Positions 37,517 through 47,937 of a stretch of DNA of 64,000 nt are shown one piece after another. The notes below the pieces were generated by a model, which was given only the letters and a program-made list of their open reading frames with translations, was not told the origin of the DNA and searched no databases. Positions within the stretch are counted from its first letter, which is position 1; every line of letters starts with the position of its first letter. A program made the position numbers and the translations under genes. Source of the stretch: a virus; IMG/VR virus record IMGVR_UViG_3300034105_001195, positions 1 through 64,000 of that record; one strand, written 5' to 3'.

Positions 37517-39322
37517 TTAAAGGCTAACTGACTCTGGCTCTACCACTGTTAGAAAGAACGGGGTGGAATCGTCACCAGAGGATGACTCTATTAGTGAAAA
37601 TGAAGTGTCGTTAATCTGATTTACCGTATTTCCCGTATAAAGCAGGTAATGGTTTAGAATTCTATTTACAGATAGGGTGGTCTCATATACGGCTACGTTA
37701 TTATACATATGCCCAATCCCAGACTTGGTGTCGTTCTGATTCTGATTAAATTTGATGCTTGTATCAGATGATGTTAGATTAATTACAATATGATGTGGTG
37801 TGTCTACTACTAGGAAGTTCCAGACATTTGTTTCCGCCGTCCTGTCTATGCCATTTACATAAATTGAGGATATCCCTGTCTTTGTTATTAGCCCCGCATT
37901 ATTCCACTCGTACTTTTTAGTAGCACCTGAGAATAGGACATTCTCATTATACTGAGGTGTGTATATAAGTTCTATGCAAGAAACGGCGGGAATAGAATTT
38001 AATGAGAATCCATGTCCATTATACATAGTCAGCCCATTGTACTTATTGTAAGAAAGGGTCTTGCTATTAAATTTTGGCAAAGCATAGTCATAGTCGGAAG
38101 ATACATAGTATCCTGAATTATCGCTATAGAAGTTCTTGCCCGTATAGAAAGCTATTTCTAGGGATCTGAGAATTGGAAGATACTTACTGGTATCTGCAGA
38201 GGATAAGGTTATCCTTAAATAAACAATCTCTGAGAACTGATCATCATTTTTATTTATATATGGAAGAGGGCTTCCATTCTTGCAAGTCCGCCAAGCAATA
38301 TTATCAATGCTTGCCTCTACTAGAATTCCAGTTACATCGTTGCTCCAGTGGATTTGAGATGTATCGATATTCAAATAATTAGGCACAATGAAATAGTCTG
38401 TAAATGTAAATGATGCAGTTGCTGCAGTCTCTGTCTCTGGTATATAGATATAGGAATTGTCATCAGATATTGTAATGCCGCCCGTTGCTACTTCAGACCA
38501 AGGCTTGGATCCTGGATATGAATAAATAAACTTAGGTCTAAGTGACTCTGTGTTCATGCTGAAAAGATAGCCATTGTCTGCTGATACAATTTGAGATATG
38601 TTTACTTCTTGAGTTCCCTCATTATAATGAGCCAATACCTGGGTACCAGATAAAGCGTATCTATAGAATCCTACACAGTCTACTACAAATCTACCAGTAG
38701 ACGGTCCTGATTGAAAGGTTGCTGTCTCATTGGAAAACTTGTATGAGTCTATTTGCAATGCATCAGCAATAAATCCGTTTATGTATAGGGATAATATATT
38801 GCTCTGGAATATACCTACAACATATACTACTTCAGAATTTGATACTGTGGCTTGAACCTGGTTGGCTCCAACTCTAAATATAATATTGCCGTTCTGATAA
38901 AATATGCCCGTATTTGTTGCGGTGTCTCCAACTATTGTTGTGCTTACGTTATATCCTGGAAGTGCACACCAAGCCTCTATGGAGAAAGAGTTATCCTTGT
39001 AATACTTTGTAGCAATTCCTTTTGGGTTGTATGCAATAATGGTTGAACTTAAAACCTCAGTTCCTCTTACCGATCCCGTAACTAAAGGCATAATCTGTTT
39101 TGAGGAAGCGGAAGAAGCAGTACCGTTATTTAGACTACCTGAGTAATCGTAAATCTGAATTCCGCTTATTTCTCCATAGTTAAGGCCACTATCTTTTAAA
39201 GCTTGATATGTTGCATATTGAGACATCAGTTCGGTATACGTGTTAGTTGTACCCGATTGAACCTCATCTAGTAAATAAAATGAGTTTGGAAAGTCGTTTA
39301 AGACTCTACTTTTATATGACAT
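37517..39322 (-). CDS. Virion protein with LamG/concanavalin A-like domains
   Basis: FSIEAW...VVGIF...LYING...VGFYRYALS..QVLAHY; a second copy at the C-terminus. Confidence 0.75.
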   Translation of the reverse strand: MSYKSRVLNDFPNSFYLLDEVQSGTTNTYTELMSQYATYQALKDSGLNYGEISGIQIYDYSGSLNNGTASSASSKQIMPLVTGSVRGTEVLSSTIIAYNPKGIATKYYKDNSFSIEAWCALPGYNVSTTIVGDTATNTGIFYQNGNIIFRVGANQVQATVSNSEVVYVVGIFQSNILSLYINGFIADALQIDSYKFSNETATFQSGPSTGRFVVDCVGFYRYALSGTQVLAHYNEGTQEVNISQIVSADNGYLFSMNTESLRPKFIYSYPGSKPWSEVATGGITISDDNSYIYIPETETAATASFTFTDYFIVPNYLNIDTSQIHWSNDVTGILVEASIDNIAWRTCKNGSPLPYINKNDDQFSEIVYLRITLSSADTSKYLPILRSLEIAFYTGKNFYSDNSGYYVSSDYDYALPKFNSKTLSYNKYNGLTMYNGHGFSLNSIPAVSCIELIYTPQYNENVLFSGATKKYEWNNAGLITKTGISSIYVNGIDRTAETNVWNFLVVDTPHHIVINLTSSDTSIKFNQNQNDTKSGIGHMYNNVAVYETTLSVNRILNHYLLYTGNTVNQINDTSFSLIESSSGDDSTPFFLTVVEPESVSL

Positions 39323-39340
39323 TCCATCCTCCTCTTTTAA

Positions 39341-39538
39341 TTAAAGTGCTGCTATTTGTGTTTGCTTTTCAGCAATAAGTGATTCAAGCTTTGATACTGA
39401 ATCTGCATTTGGCTCTGCTTTTGCATTTTCTGCAATAAGCTGAACTTCCAAAGAGTACATCTGGTACTCAAGGTTTCTTACTTCTGCATCAACAATTGCT
39501 GCTTTTTCATCATTTGTTAACTTTGTATATGTTGCCAT
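39341..39538 (-). CDS. Small coiled-coil protein (fibre chaperone-like)
   Basis: AAGGAGA RBS; heptad pattern; resembles its neighbour 39552..39734. Confidence 0.7.
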   Translation of the reverse strand: MATYTKLTNDEKAAIVDAEVRNLEYQMYSLEVQLIAENAKAEPNADSVSKLESLIAEKQTQIAAL

Positions 39539-39551
39539 TTTATTCTCCTTT

Positions 39552-39734
39552 TTATAATTCAGCCAGTAGCTGGCTGTATGTGTTTTTTTCAGACTTTGCG
39601 TTTTCTAAAATAGTGCTATTAGAAACTTTGTGATCTTCGGGTTCATCCTTAAATGGCTCAAGCCTAAATATTAAATCATTTAATATTTCAATTTTACCAT
39701 TTAAAATTTCTTTTTTCTCTTCTATTGATATCAT
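39552..39734 (-). CDS. Small helical protein (fibre chaperone-like)
   Basis: Likely start MISIEEKKEIL, just after the stop of the 620-aa gene. Confidence 0.6.
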   Translation of the reverse strand: MISIEEKKEILNGKIEILNDLIFRLEPFKDEPEDHKVSNSTILENAKSEKNTYSQLLAEL

Positions 39735-39735
39735 A

Positions 39736-41598
39736 TTACTCCCAAGAGGTGTATGCAGACCAAGCTGACGTGCTTGATCCTGTGGCTCTTGCTCTCCATC
39801 TAGCATAGCTATAAGTTGAGCTATTTCTTGTTACCGTTTTATTTCCGCCTCCATTAACTGAGCCTGATGATGATGCTGATACTGTGCTTCCATTAGAGCT
39901 AAGCTGTAGTTCCCAATCGTAGCCCGTAGGCGTTCCGCCAGTGCCTTGACTAATTGATAGCGTCCAAGTGTAATAGGAGCTAATATACCCATCATAGTTA
40001 TTTGAAACACCTGGAACCCCTGGAGCTGTAACTGGATTTGTAGACGGACCCTTTTCAATAGATGAGGCCTCGCTACTTGTTCCTGCAGAGTTAGACGCTG
40101 TTGCAAAAGCTTTAAAATAATATCCCGCATCTGCTGCAACTACATCATAACTTACTGAAGAAGAATAGCTCTGCGCCCGTGTTGTTTCATAGGAAGCAAC
40201 ATTCTGTGTTCCTCTTGTAATCTTAATAAAATACGATGTAGGTGATCCTGCCCACCCGCTTGTAGAAGCAGATAGAGTGTTTCCTGTTGATGCTGTACCC
40301 GAAAAGGATACGGTTCCTCCTGAAGGAATAACTACTGGCTGTGCTAGTGGTCCACCTTCTGTTCCTGGAGTAAATGTTCCACCATTTGATGTTCCTCCTG
40401 AATTTGTTGCAGTTGCAAAAACTCTATAGTAATATCTGCCACCTCCGTCGTAGTCGGATGCTGGAATAGTATAAGTTGCACTTGAGGATGTAGAAGATGC
40501 TACAAATGTTTCGTTTGTATTAACATTTGGTGTTCCTCTATATAGTCTCAAGTCATATGATGTTGGGCTATTACTCCAAGATCCAACTCCGTAAGTTAAT
40601 GTTTGTCCTACTGTATATCCTCCAGTTGGAGAAAGTGTGGGTGCAGATGTATTTACAGGAACTGGATTTGCTAATGATACTGTAGCGCTTGTTCTATACC
40701 CAGAATACTTTATTGTTGCTGCTACAGGTGTTGATGTTTGAACTCCATAACCCTGACTATTTGTTGATCTTGGGTATACTGTAAAATTTCTTGCGTTATC
40801 ATCTGGTGGGGTATATATGTAATTATTATTGGTGCCTGGTGACACATTTGTAAAATAATTACCATTTACATATATATCATATGAAATAGCACCTGCGGCA
40901 ACTGGCCAAGTTAAGTAAAGTTGTCTACTTGTATTAACACCTCTAATTGAAACGCTTGCATCGCCTGCTGTTCCTGTTCCAGAGAACTGCTTTGCTCCAG
41001 AATTTACTGAAGGAGTTCCTGCGGTTCCTCCGCCAACTGCTTCATAATAAGTAGATATATTGTCAAGTGTAGTAAAGCTTCCAGAATATGATAGACCTGT
41101 GTTTCCAATTGAAACTGAGCTTGGCGTATTAGGTGTTGCTGTGTTATCAAATGCGCTTAAGGATGTAACTTGTGGAAGCATAGTTATTCCAGTTGATATT
41201 GTTATTGGCGTTGATCCTCTTTGGTTTATTGCTGTTATTCTACATCCTATTATTATTTCTGCATCGGCAGCTACTGTTGTATATGTATTATTTGTTGCAC
41301 CAGATATATCTGATCCCGCCCTTGTCCACTGGTAAGAATAAGATGTTGGGTTGTATGCATCATTTGCATTCCATGAACCAACTGATGCGGTATAAACACA
41401 ACCAATTCTTCCCGCTGTTCCGCTTGTTGCAGATATAGAAGGAGATGCAGTATTTACTGGAAACTCTGGATAACTTATTGCCCAGTTTGCACCATTAAAA
41501 ATCCATGCTTGTTTTGCAGTAAGCCACTGCGCCCCATTATAAAGTTTTAATGATTTTTGATTGTACCAATTTGTGCCATCATATGCTTTTATAGTCAT
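39736..41598 (-). CDS. Ig/Fn3-repeat fibre/adhesin
   Basis: N-terminal (Y/F)xGxxW repeats; three PVNT..P...G...GSW...PTSY Ig-like units; Fn3-like end WSAYTSW. Confidence 0.7.
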   Translation of the reverse strand: MTIKAYDGTNWYNQKSLKLYNGAQWLTAKQAWIFNGANWAISYPEFPVNTASPSISATSGTAGRIGCVYTASVGSWNANDAYNPTSYSYQWTRAGSDISGATNNTYTTVAADAEIIIGCRITAINQRGSTPITISTGITMLPQVTSLSAFDNTATPNTPSSVSIGNTGLSYSGSFTTLDNISTYYEAVGGGTAGTPSVNSGAKQFSGTGTAGDASVSIRGVNTSRQLYLTWPVAAGAISYDIYVNGNYFTNVSPGTNNNYIYTPPDDNARNFTVYPRSTNSQGYGVQTSTPVAATIKYSGYRTSATVSLANPVPVNTSAPTLSPTGGYTVGQTLTYGVGSWSNSPTSYDLRLYRGTPNVNTNETFVASSTSSSATYTIPASDYDGGGRYYYRVFATATNSGGTSNGGTFTPGTEGGPLAQPVVIPSGGTVSFSGTASTGNTLSASTSGWAGSPTSYFIKITRGTQNVASYETTRAQSYSSSVSYDVVAADAGYYFKAFATASNSAGTSSEASSIEKGPSTNPVTAPGVPGVSNNYDGYISSYYTWTLSISQGTGGTPTGYDWELQLSSNGSTVSASSSGSVNGGGNKTVTRNSSTYSYARWRARATGSSTSAWSAYTSWE

Positions 41599-41606
41599 AT
41601 GTTATC

Positions 41607-42683
41607 CTAGTAGAAAATATATAAATCGCCAGCTGCAGTGCCAGTTGGTGGCGTTCCAGTTGTGTTATAGAATATTTTATTTGAGTTTGCTGTATTAGTT
41701 CCATTTGAATATGCAGTAGTTGCAAGATTTATATTTGCACCTAATGATACTGGTGAGTTGTTAATTGAGATTGATGAATTGGCAAGCATTGTATTTGTAA
41801 TCGATCCCGCCGAAGGAGTAAATGCTGGACCTTGTGGTCCAGTTGGACCAGCTGGTCCCTGTATTCCTTGAACACCCTGCGCTCCTTGTGAACCAGTAGC
41901 GCCAGTTAAACCTTGTATGCCCTGTGTGCCTTGTTCTCCAGTGTCGCCTTTAGGTCCTTGTATTCCTTGTGGACCTAAATTAGAAACTGTAATAGAACCA
42001 GCCATTGATGAGTGGTATTCGCAAGCATAATAAAGTTGAGGAGCATTAAATGGAACTTCAAATATAATTGTTCCATTATCCCGTGTTCCTGAAGATAGTG
42101 TTACTCCAGTAGAATAAACACTTCCTGCGCTATATGCACCTGAAACTGTTTGAATCCAAAATGGATGTCCGACAGCATTAACATTAATTATATATCTATG
42201 TCCCCGAATAAAAGATAAAGTTGGATTAGCAGAACCATTAATCGTATAAGATCCTGATCCTGAGTTTGTAACTGCTAATGTTATTCCGCCTGAAGGTCCT
42301 GTTGCGCCAGTTAGTCCTTGAATTCCTTGAATACCCTGAATACCTTGTGGGCCTTGCGGTCCTACAATTTGACCAGCAGATGTCCAATCTGAACCGCCCC
42401 ATATATAAAGGTCTCCATCTGCGTCAACAATTCTTGCATCATTTGCACTATTGCCAGTTGCTGGTAGTAGGGCAACGGTTGCTACTGATGCTTTAACATT
42501 AATAGATGTTCCTTGAGGTCCTATGGGGCCTGCAGGGCCTTGTGGGCCTACTTCTCCTTGTGGTCCTTGAGCGCCAGTTGCAATTCTTTGTAGGTTCCAG
42601 GCGATTCCATCCCAAATCCATGTGCTTCCGCCAGCGGTAAATGATTGATTTACTGTTGGGCTATTTGGAAAGTCTATTGCCAT
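41607..42683 (-). CDS. Collagen-like fibre with a cupredoxin-like domain
   Basis: IDFPNSP N-terminal module; G-X-Y repeats; GHPF...[12 protein letters not shown]. Confidence 0.75.
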   Translation of the reverse strand: MAIDFPNSPTVNQSFTAGGSTWIWDGIAWNLQRIATGAQGPQGEVGPQGPAGPIGPQGTSINVKASVATVALLPATGNSANDARIVDADGDLYIWGGSDWTSAGQIVGPQGPQGIQGIQGIQGLTGATGPSGGITLAVTNSGSGSYTINGSANPTLSFIRGHRYIINVNAVGHPFWIQTVSGAYSAGSVYSTGVTLSSGTRDNGTIIFEVPFNAPQLYYACEYHSSMAGSITVSNLGPQGIQGPKGDTGEQGTQGIQGLTGATGSQGAQGVQGIQGPAGPTGPQGPAFTPSAGSITNTMLANSSISINNSPVSLGANINLATTAYSNGTNTANSNKIFYNTTGTPPTGTAAGDLYIFY

Positions 42684-42685
42684 TG

Positions 42686-42940
42686 TTATGCCCCTATCCC
42701 TGCTATTGCTCTTGCTTCATCTTCAGTTAATCCTAATGCCTCAAGCTTTGCAATAGCCGATACAACTAATTGATTTTTTTCATTTTTAATTTGATCTACC
42801 GTTTCAAATGCTGCTAAAAATTCTTGTTTAGTAAACCCAGGTGTTTCATCTTTCCATATAATATCTTCATATGTTGTTCCAGAGCTATAAAATTCTTTAT
42901 CTGAAGATAAGTAATGTAATACTTCATAATAAGTTGCCAT
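42686..42940 (-). CDS. Small fibre-assembly chaperone-like protein
   Basis: Likely start MATYYEV (TAATG coupling); C-terminal AKLEALGLTEDEA motif. Confidence 0.65.
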   Translation of the reverse strand: MATYYEVLHYLSSDKEFYSSGTTYEDIIWKDETPGFTKQEFLAAFETVDQIKNEKNQLVVSAIAKLEALGLTEDEARAIAGIGA

Positions 42941-43653
42941 TATGGTGTTACCTCCATCAATAACATTGTGCTTTCTCCATTTATCCACTGCATGTATATA
43001 AATCCATTTTGATCAACACCATTTGAATTACTAATTGATCTTTGGGCTTGAGTTTTATAAGTGACTGGCGATGTTGTTGCAGGAGTATCAATAAATACTC
43101 CGCCTACATCTGCAGAGGATGTACCTGTATCTCCTGTCCAAAGAGTGTTACCTCCAAAACTTCCTATTGAAGTTGAACCTCTAAGTACTGGGAACAATAA
43201 TCCAAAGTCTCCAGTCCCACTAAGTTTTCTTAACCCATTTTGATTTACAAAAATTACAATTTTATTTGATGCGGAAGTTGGAGTAATTGTAGCACTTAGC
43301 CCAGTATCAACAGCACTTGCGCCTATACTTGCTGTAACTATAATATTTGTTGAACCTCTAACTATTTGAACTACTTTCCCAAGTCCTTGCGCTCCTGTTG
43401 CACCCGTTAGTCCTTGTATGCCCTGAATTCCTTGAGGGCCCGTAGGTCCTGCTATACCCTGAATTCCTTGTGCGCCCGTTGGTCCTGCGGGACCTGTTAA
43501 TCCTTGAATGCCTTGGGGTCCTTGTGGACCTGTAGGTCCTGTTACGCCCGTTCTAACAACGTTCCACCGAGAACCATTCCATGTCCATGAGTTTGTTCCT
43601 ACAGTAAATACTTGATTTAATGTGGGGGAATTTGGAAAATCTATTGCTGCCAT
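42940..43653 (-). CDS. Collagen-like fibre with a C-terminal beta-sandwich tip
   Basis: IDFPNSP module; G-X-Y repeats; [12 protein letters not shown]...[12 protein letters not shown]...LMEV tip domain. Confidence 0.75.
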   Translation of the reverse strand: MAAIDFPNSPTLNQVFTVGTNSWTWNGSRWNVVRTGVTGPTGPQGPQGIQGLTGPAGPTGAQGIQGIAGPTGPQGIQGIQGLTGATGAQGLGKVVQIVRGSTNIIVTASIGASAVDTGLSATITPTSASNKIVIFVNQNGLRKLSGTGDFGLLFPVLRGSTSIGSFGGNTLWTGDTGTSSADVGGVFIDTPATTSPVTYKTQAQRSISNSNGVDQNGFIYMQWINGESTMLLMEVTP

Positions 43654-43655
43654 TG

Positions 43656-43787
43656 TTATTCCCCTATCTCTGTAACTACTCTAGCGTTGCATCTTGCTTC
43701 CGCTTCATTAATAGAATCAATTTCTTCTTGAGTTAAATCTCTTTCAACTAGTTGCTGTAACACAACATCGTATTCTGTTATTTTCAT
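43656..43787 (-). CDS. Small chaperone-like protein (43 aa)
   Basis: Read by hand: [43 protein letters not shown]; fills the gap exactly. Confidence 0.65.
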   Translation of the reverse strand: MKITEYDVVLQQLVERDLTQEEIDSINEAEARCNARVVTEIGE

Positions 43788-43788
43788 T

Positions 43789-45603
43789 TTATGATAGCCC
43801 CCATAGAGTCCAAGTTCCACCTGTCCAAGTTTCATTTACTACTTGAAAGTTTACTGAATTAATAGCTGAGGCTCCTGTATATGTACCAGCGCCTCTTACT
43901 GTAATCATTGTTTGAGTTGTTCCATACAAACTGCTTTGTCCTAATCCGCTAGAAATCAATTCCCAATGCTTTGTTCCAGTACTATTTGCATTTCTAATAT
44001 GGAATTTTCCAGAGTTGTATCTGAAAGTTGTTATAGGCTCTGGCGGATTTAGATATACTGAAGCACCAGCACTTCCTCCAAATACCCAATCTCCTCCGCC
44101 TGTATAATTATTATTGTCTCCGTTAACCTTAACAATCAACGAGTTTCCGAGAACTCCGTTGTTTGAAGTACATGTAAGTCCAGTCCACTCAAGAATTAAC
44201 TCTTTATATGCTCCCGCTAATCCTGTAAATGATGAAAAGAATCCTGAGCTTGATGTATAAGGAGTTCCAATTAAGCTCCAAGTTCCACCGCTTGCGCCTG
44301 CTGGACCTGCTGGACCTGCTGGTCCTTGTGGGCCTGCTTGAGAATTTCCAAATTCAATCCATGATGAGTCATAATAAATATATGTAAGTCCATCATCTGA
44401 GTTATACCAAGCTTGTCCTTCTACTGGATTTGCAGGAGGTGTTGTTGCTACTACTGAGAATGTTGCTTTTGATCCCGCCTCACCTTGTGGGCCTTGCGGG
44501 CCTTGTGGGCCCTGTGGACCAACGATCTGACCTGCAGAAGACCAAGATGAGCCATTCCAAATATAAAGGTCTCCATCTGCATCAACAATTCTTGCATCGT
44601 TTACAGTATTTCCTGTTGAAGGCAATGCTGCTACAGTTAAAGAAGATGCTTTAAGATTTATAGATACGCCTTGTGGTCCTTGAATTCCTTGTGGGCCTTG
44701 TGCACCTGTTGCGCCTGCGGGACCAGATAAAGATGATCCTGTTTCTACCCAATATGAATCATAGTATGTATAACTTCTGCCGTTATCTGAATTAAACCAC
44801 GCCTGTCCATTTACTGGACTTGCTGGTGGTGTTGAAGATGTAATAGAAAATGTTGCTTTAGATCCTTCTGGTCCCGTCGGTCCAGTTAAACCTTGCGGTC
44901 CCTGTGGACCTTGCGGTCCAGTTGCGCCTGTGATTCCTTGTGGACCCGTTGATCCTTGTGGACCCTGTGGGCCCTGTGCGCCTGTTTCACCAGTTAGTCC
45001 TTGTATGCCCTGTGGACCTTGCGGTCCTGTTGCACCTGTTGGTCCTGTTGCACCTGTTGGTCCTTGAATTGTTCCAACATTAATCCAGTTGCTACTTACC
45101 AAATCCCAAACATATAGGTTACCTGAGATTAAATATCCATCTCCAGCACTCCCAGTTGGTTGTGCTGCTTGTAATGCTGCAAGTGATGCATAAGAACCAA
45201 GTATCTGTACTCCAGTTCCAGTGTCACCTTTGTCGCCTTTAATTCCTTGAATACCTTGTGGGCCTTGTGCACCTGTTGCGCCAGTTGCGCCAGTTAAACC
45301 TGTTAATCCTTGTGGACCTTGAGGTCCTGTTGCGCCAGTAGATCCTGTTGGTCCTGCAACAGTACTTGCTGCACCTGTTTCACCTTGTGGTCCTTGCGGA
45401 CCTTGTGGTCCTGTTGCACCTGTAGGACCTTGTGGTCCTGTTGCACCTGTAGGGCCTTGTGCACCTGTTGCGCCAGTTGGGCCTGGATTGTTTGTTAAAT
45501 AATTATCTATATCTGTAGCTAAATAGCCAAGATCTCTTGGGACATCGGGCGACATGTCTAATGTCGGATATCTAAATGTTTTAGGCGTTGTATTTCCTGG
45601 CAT
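43789..45603 (-). CDS. Long collagen-like fibre (hub), probably leaderless
   Basis: TT..FRYP...[15 protein letters not shown] anchor; long GPQ/GPT/GAT repeats; two PxxPVxGQAW...YYD..W.E modules; TGGTATAAT ends 7 nt before the ATG. Confidence 0.8.
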   Translation of the reverse strand: MPGNTTPKTFRYPTLDMSPDVPRDLGYLATDIDNYLTNNPGPTGATGAQGPTGATGPQGPTGATGPQGPQGPQGETGAASTVAGPTGSTGATGPQGPQGLTGLTGATGATGAQGPQGIQGIKGDKGDTGTGVQILGSYASLAALQAAQPTGSAGDGYLISGNLYVWDLVSSNWINVGTIQGPTGATGPTGATGPQGPQGIQGLTGETGAQGPQGPQGSTGPQGITGATGPQGPQGPQGLTGPTGPEGSKATFSITSSTPPASPVNGQAWFNSDNGRSYTYYDSYWVETGSSLSGPAGATGAQGPQGIQGPQGVSINLKASSLTVAALPSTGNTVNDARIVDADGDLYIWNGSSWSSAGQIVGPQGPQGPQGPQGEAGSKATFSVVATTPPANPVEGQAWYNSDDGLTYIYYDSSWIEFGNSQAGPQGPAGPAGPAGASGGTWSLIGTPYTSSSGFFSSFTGLAGAYKELILEWTGLTCTSNNGVLGNSLIVKVNGDNNNYTGGGDWVFGGSAGASVYLNPPEPITTFRYNSGKFHIRNANSTGTKHWELISSGLGQSSLYGTTQTMITVRGAGTYTGASAINSVNFQVVNETWTGGTWTLWGLS

Positions 45604-45662
45604 TTTTAAATTATACCATTCTCAGGGTTATAAGCCTTTTAAAAGCTTACTATTTGAGCCTT

Positions 45663-45920
45663 TCATTGTCTATCTGGTTTTACATCCCAAGTAGCGTAAT
45701 GTTCTTTCCAGTTATCCGTCCCATAAAAGTCCATCTGAGATGAAATGAAATCATCGCCTTCTGGTAGTCTTTTTTGTGTGCGTGTTCCAGAAATCCCATA
45801 CCATCTAACGAGGGGGGAACTACAAGTATCACAGGTATAACCTGGATCTTCTTCTTTAATACTTCTAAAATGAGTATACTGAACTTTACACTCTTGGCAT
45901 TCATATTGATATGATGGCAT
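45663..45920 (-). CDS. FmdB-like zinc-ribbon protein
   Basis: MPSYQYECQEC...CDTC; own TGCTATAAT promoter at 45946-45954. Confidence 0.75.
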   Translation of the reverse strand: MPSYQYECQECKVQYTHFRSIKEEDPGYTCDTCSSPLVRWYGISGTRTQKRLPEGDDFISSQMDFYGTDNWKEHYATWDVKPDRQ

Positions 45921-45971
45921 GTTAACTCTTTTCTATGATGCCTTAATTATAGCAAATTGTGCTAGTAATTA

Positions 45972-47531
45972 CTAGAAGGTAATTGTTCCTGATCCCGCCG
46001 TAAACCGATAAACTCTATATCCTGAACGAGTTGGTTGATTATAAGTTAACGTTCCAGGAATTGTTGTAATGGCTGGGTATGTGTCTGGGTAAGCAATAAC
46101 TACTACACCAGATCCGCCTGAGCCTCCATTGCCACCGCCACCTGCACCGCTATTTCCTCCTGCGCCTCCGCCGCCGCCAGTGTTTGCTGTTCCTGGTGTA
46201 CCATTGGAAATTCCATTAGCTCCTGCGCCTCCGCCGCCAGAACCACCAGCGCCACTTGCTCCACCATAATTATTTTGTCCTGGTCCTCCTCCTCCAGCAT
46301 AAGTTAAAGATGAGCCCGTAATTGAATAGGATAAACCTGCGCCGCCTGCGCCGCCATTAGATCCACCTACTGCGCCAGCCCCTCCGCCTCCGCCGCCTGC
46401 ATATGGATTACCTTGGCCAGATCCTCCGCTATTACCTTGTCCTGAAGTTCCTGCTCCGCCGACACCTGGTAAAGGGCTACCGCCGCCTGCGCCGCCTCCG
46501 CCTGAACCACCAGATCCTCCTGCGGTTCCATCTTGACATTTTCCTGCTCCGCCACCAACGCTTATTAAGTTATCAAAAACTGAATTACTTCCATTTGAAC
46601 CATTTCTTAAAGGATTACTTGATCCACCATTACTTGCTCCAAGGCCACCGTTGCCACCATTACCAACTGTTACTAAGAATGACAAAGAACCAGCAACGCT
46701 TTTAGTTCCGTATAATAATCCTCCTGCACCGCCACCTCCTGAAGAACCGTCCCCTACTACTGCTCCTGCTGCACCGCCACCTCCAGCTACAACCAAGTAT
46801 TCAACTGTTGGGGTGATTGCTCTTGATATTATATTAAATGATCTTGGTATTATGTTAAGTCCATCTGATGCATTAACAGTAAACGAATACGTTGTATCAG
46901 TTGTTATTTCTGGCAGTGTTCCTGAAATTACTCCTGTTGAAGAATTTAAAGAAACGCCAGAAGGAAGTGTTGATCCACTTGCTAATGCATATGTTATAGT
47001 ATTAGAATCTGAGTCCGTTGCCGATAAAGCAGACAAGGTAATACTTACTTGCTCATTAAACGTACCTAAAGATCCGCTTGCTGTAACCCAGACTGGATTA
47101 GCATTTACATACAAAGCATCTGGAATTAATCCAAATAGATTTGAAGGGTTTGTAACCTTTATATCATAAGGCTCATACGCATTAGACAGGCCTGTAAATG
47201 TAGCAGTTAGTTGAACTAATGAATTAAATGTAGTTGAAGAAGCATTTATTTGTACTCCATTTGTGCCGATTGCGGTTGCATATGCACCGTTGACAAAGTT
47301 TGTTCCATAAATAGTAATTACACCTGAGTCTGTTGCTTCTGAATAATTTCCTGAAATAGAAGAAACTCCAGGAACTTCCTGAACAATATTTTCCCAATTC
47401 CCAGCAGCTGTATATAACTCTAGTCTCTGAGCTTCACCATTTGAGTACAATTGGCCAGTTCCTGGATTAGCAGGACGACCTGCATTATTTCCAAACGGAA
47501 TTCCTGAACCTGATGATTTCTTAATAGCCAT
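45972..47531 (-). CDS. Fibre tip with IPT/Ig domains and a glycine-rich adhesin domain
   Basis: Likely start MAIKKSS (TAATG); ITIYGTNF (IPT); LPSGVSLNSSTGVISGT (Ig); VEYLVVAGGG...GGSGVVVIAYP Gly-rich domain. Confidence 0.75.
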   Translation of the reverse strand: MAIKKSSGSGIPFGNNAGRPANPGTGQLYSNGEAQRLELYTAAGNWENIVQEVPGVSSISGNYSEATDSGVITIYGTNFVNGAYATAIGTNGVQINASSTTFNSLVQLTATFTGLSNAYEPYDIKVTNPSNLFGLIPDALYVNANPVWVTASGSLGTFNEQVSITLSALSATDSDSNTITYALASGSTLPSGVSLNSSTGVISGTLPEITTDTTYSFTVNASDGLNIIPRSFNIISRAITPTVEYLVVAGGGGAAGAVVGDGSSGGGGAGGLLYGTKSVAGSLSFLVTVGNGGNGGLGASNGGSSNPLRNGSNGSNSVFDNLISVGGGAGKCQDGTAGGSGGSGGGGAGGGSPLPGVGGAGTSGQGNSGGSGQGNPYAGGGGGGAGAVGGSNGGAGGAGLSYSITGSSLTYAGGGGPGQNNYGGASGAGGSGGGGAGANGISNGTPGTANTGGGGGAGGNSGAGGGGNGGSGGSGVVVIAYPDTYPAITTIPGTLTYNQPTRSGYRVYRFTAGSGTITF

Positions 47532-47935
47532 TATATGAAACTCCATCCTAGCGTTGTACCTGTATAAATTAATGTAGTTACTGATTGATCTACGTCAATT
47601 ATAGCATCTTCTGTTAAACCATTGATCTTATTTCCATTACGGGATAAGGTAATATTATTTGTTCCCGCCGATCCTGTTGCATCAAATATAATAATTTCTT
47701 GCCCAAGTGTTGGGCTTGCAGGAAGTGTTAATGTTCTTGCTGCTGCTGTATCAACAAAATATCTGCGTCCCGCAACTAATGTTGTGTTTGCAGAAATTGC
47801 AAGATTTACCTCTTGCTTATATGAACCAAGGGCGGAATTAAGAGCTGCAGTATCTACATAGTCTCCAGGTAAAGCAGCTTGTACTCCAACATATTGCCAT
47901 GTTGTTCCATCCCATACTTTAATTACTTTAGCCAT
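47531..47935 (-). CDS. Fibre connector with a T4 gp34-N/gp9-10-like domain
   Basis: IKVWDGTTW N-terminus; RYFVDT...TLTLPASPTLGQEI.IFD...RNGNKING...GW domain shared with the 52281 gene. Confidence 0.65.
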   Translation of the reverse strand: MAKVIKVWDGTTWQYVGVQAALPGDYVDTAALNSALGSYKQEVNLAISANTTLVAGRRYFVDTAAARTLTLPASPTLGQEIIIFDATGSAGTNNITLSRNGNKINGLTEDAIIDVDQSVTTLIYTGTTLGWSFI

Positions 47936-47937
47936 TA

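Noticed and set aside
41590-41615. Stop read-through fusing genes 41607 and 39736
   Set aside because: The 8-nt gap puts them out of frame, and the downstream gene has its own ATG with an AGGA RBS-like sequence.
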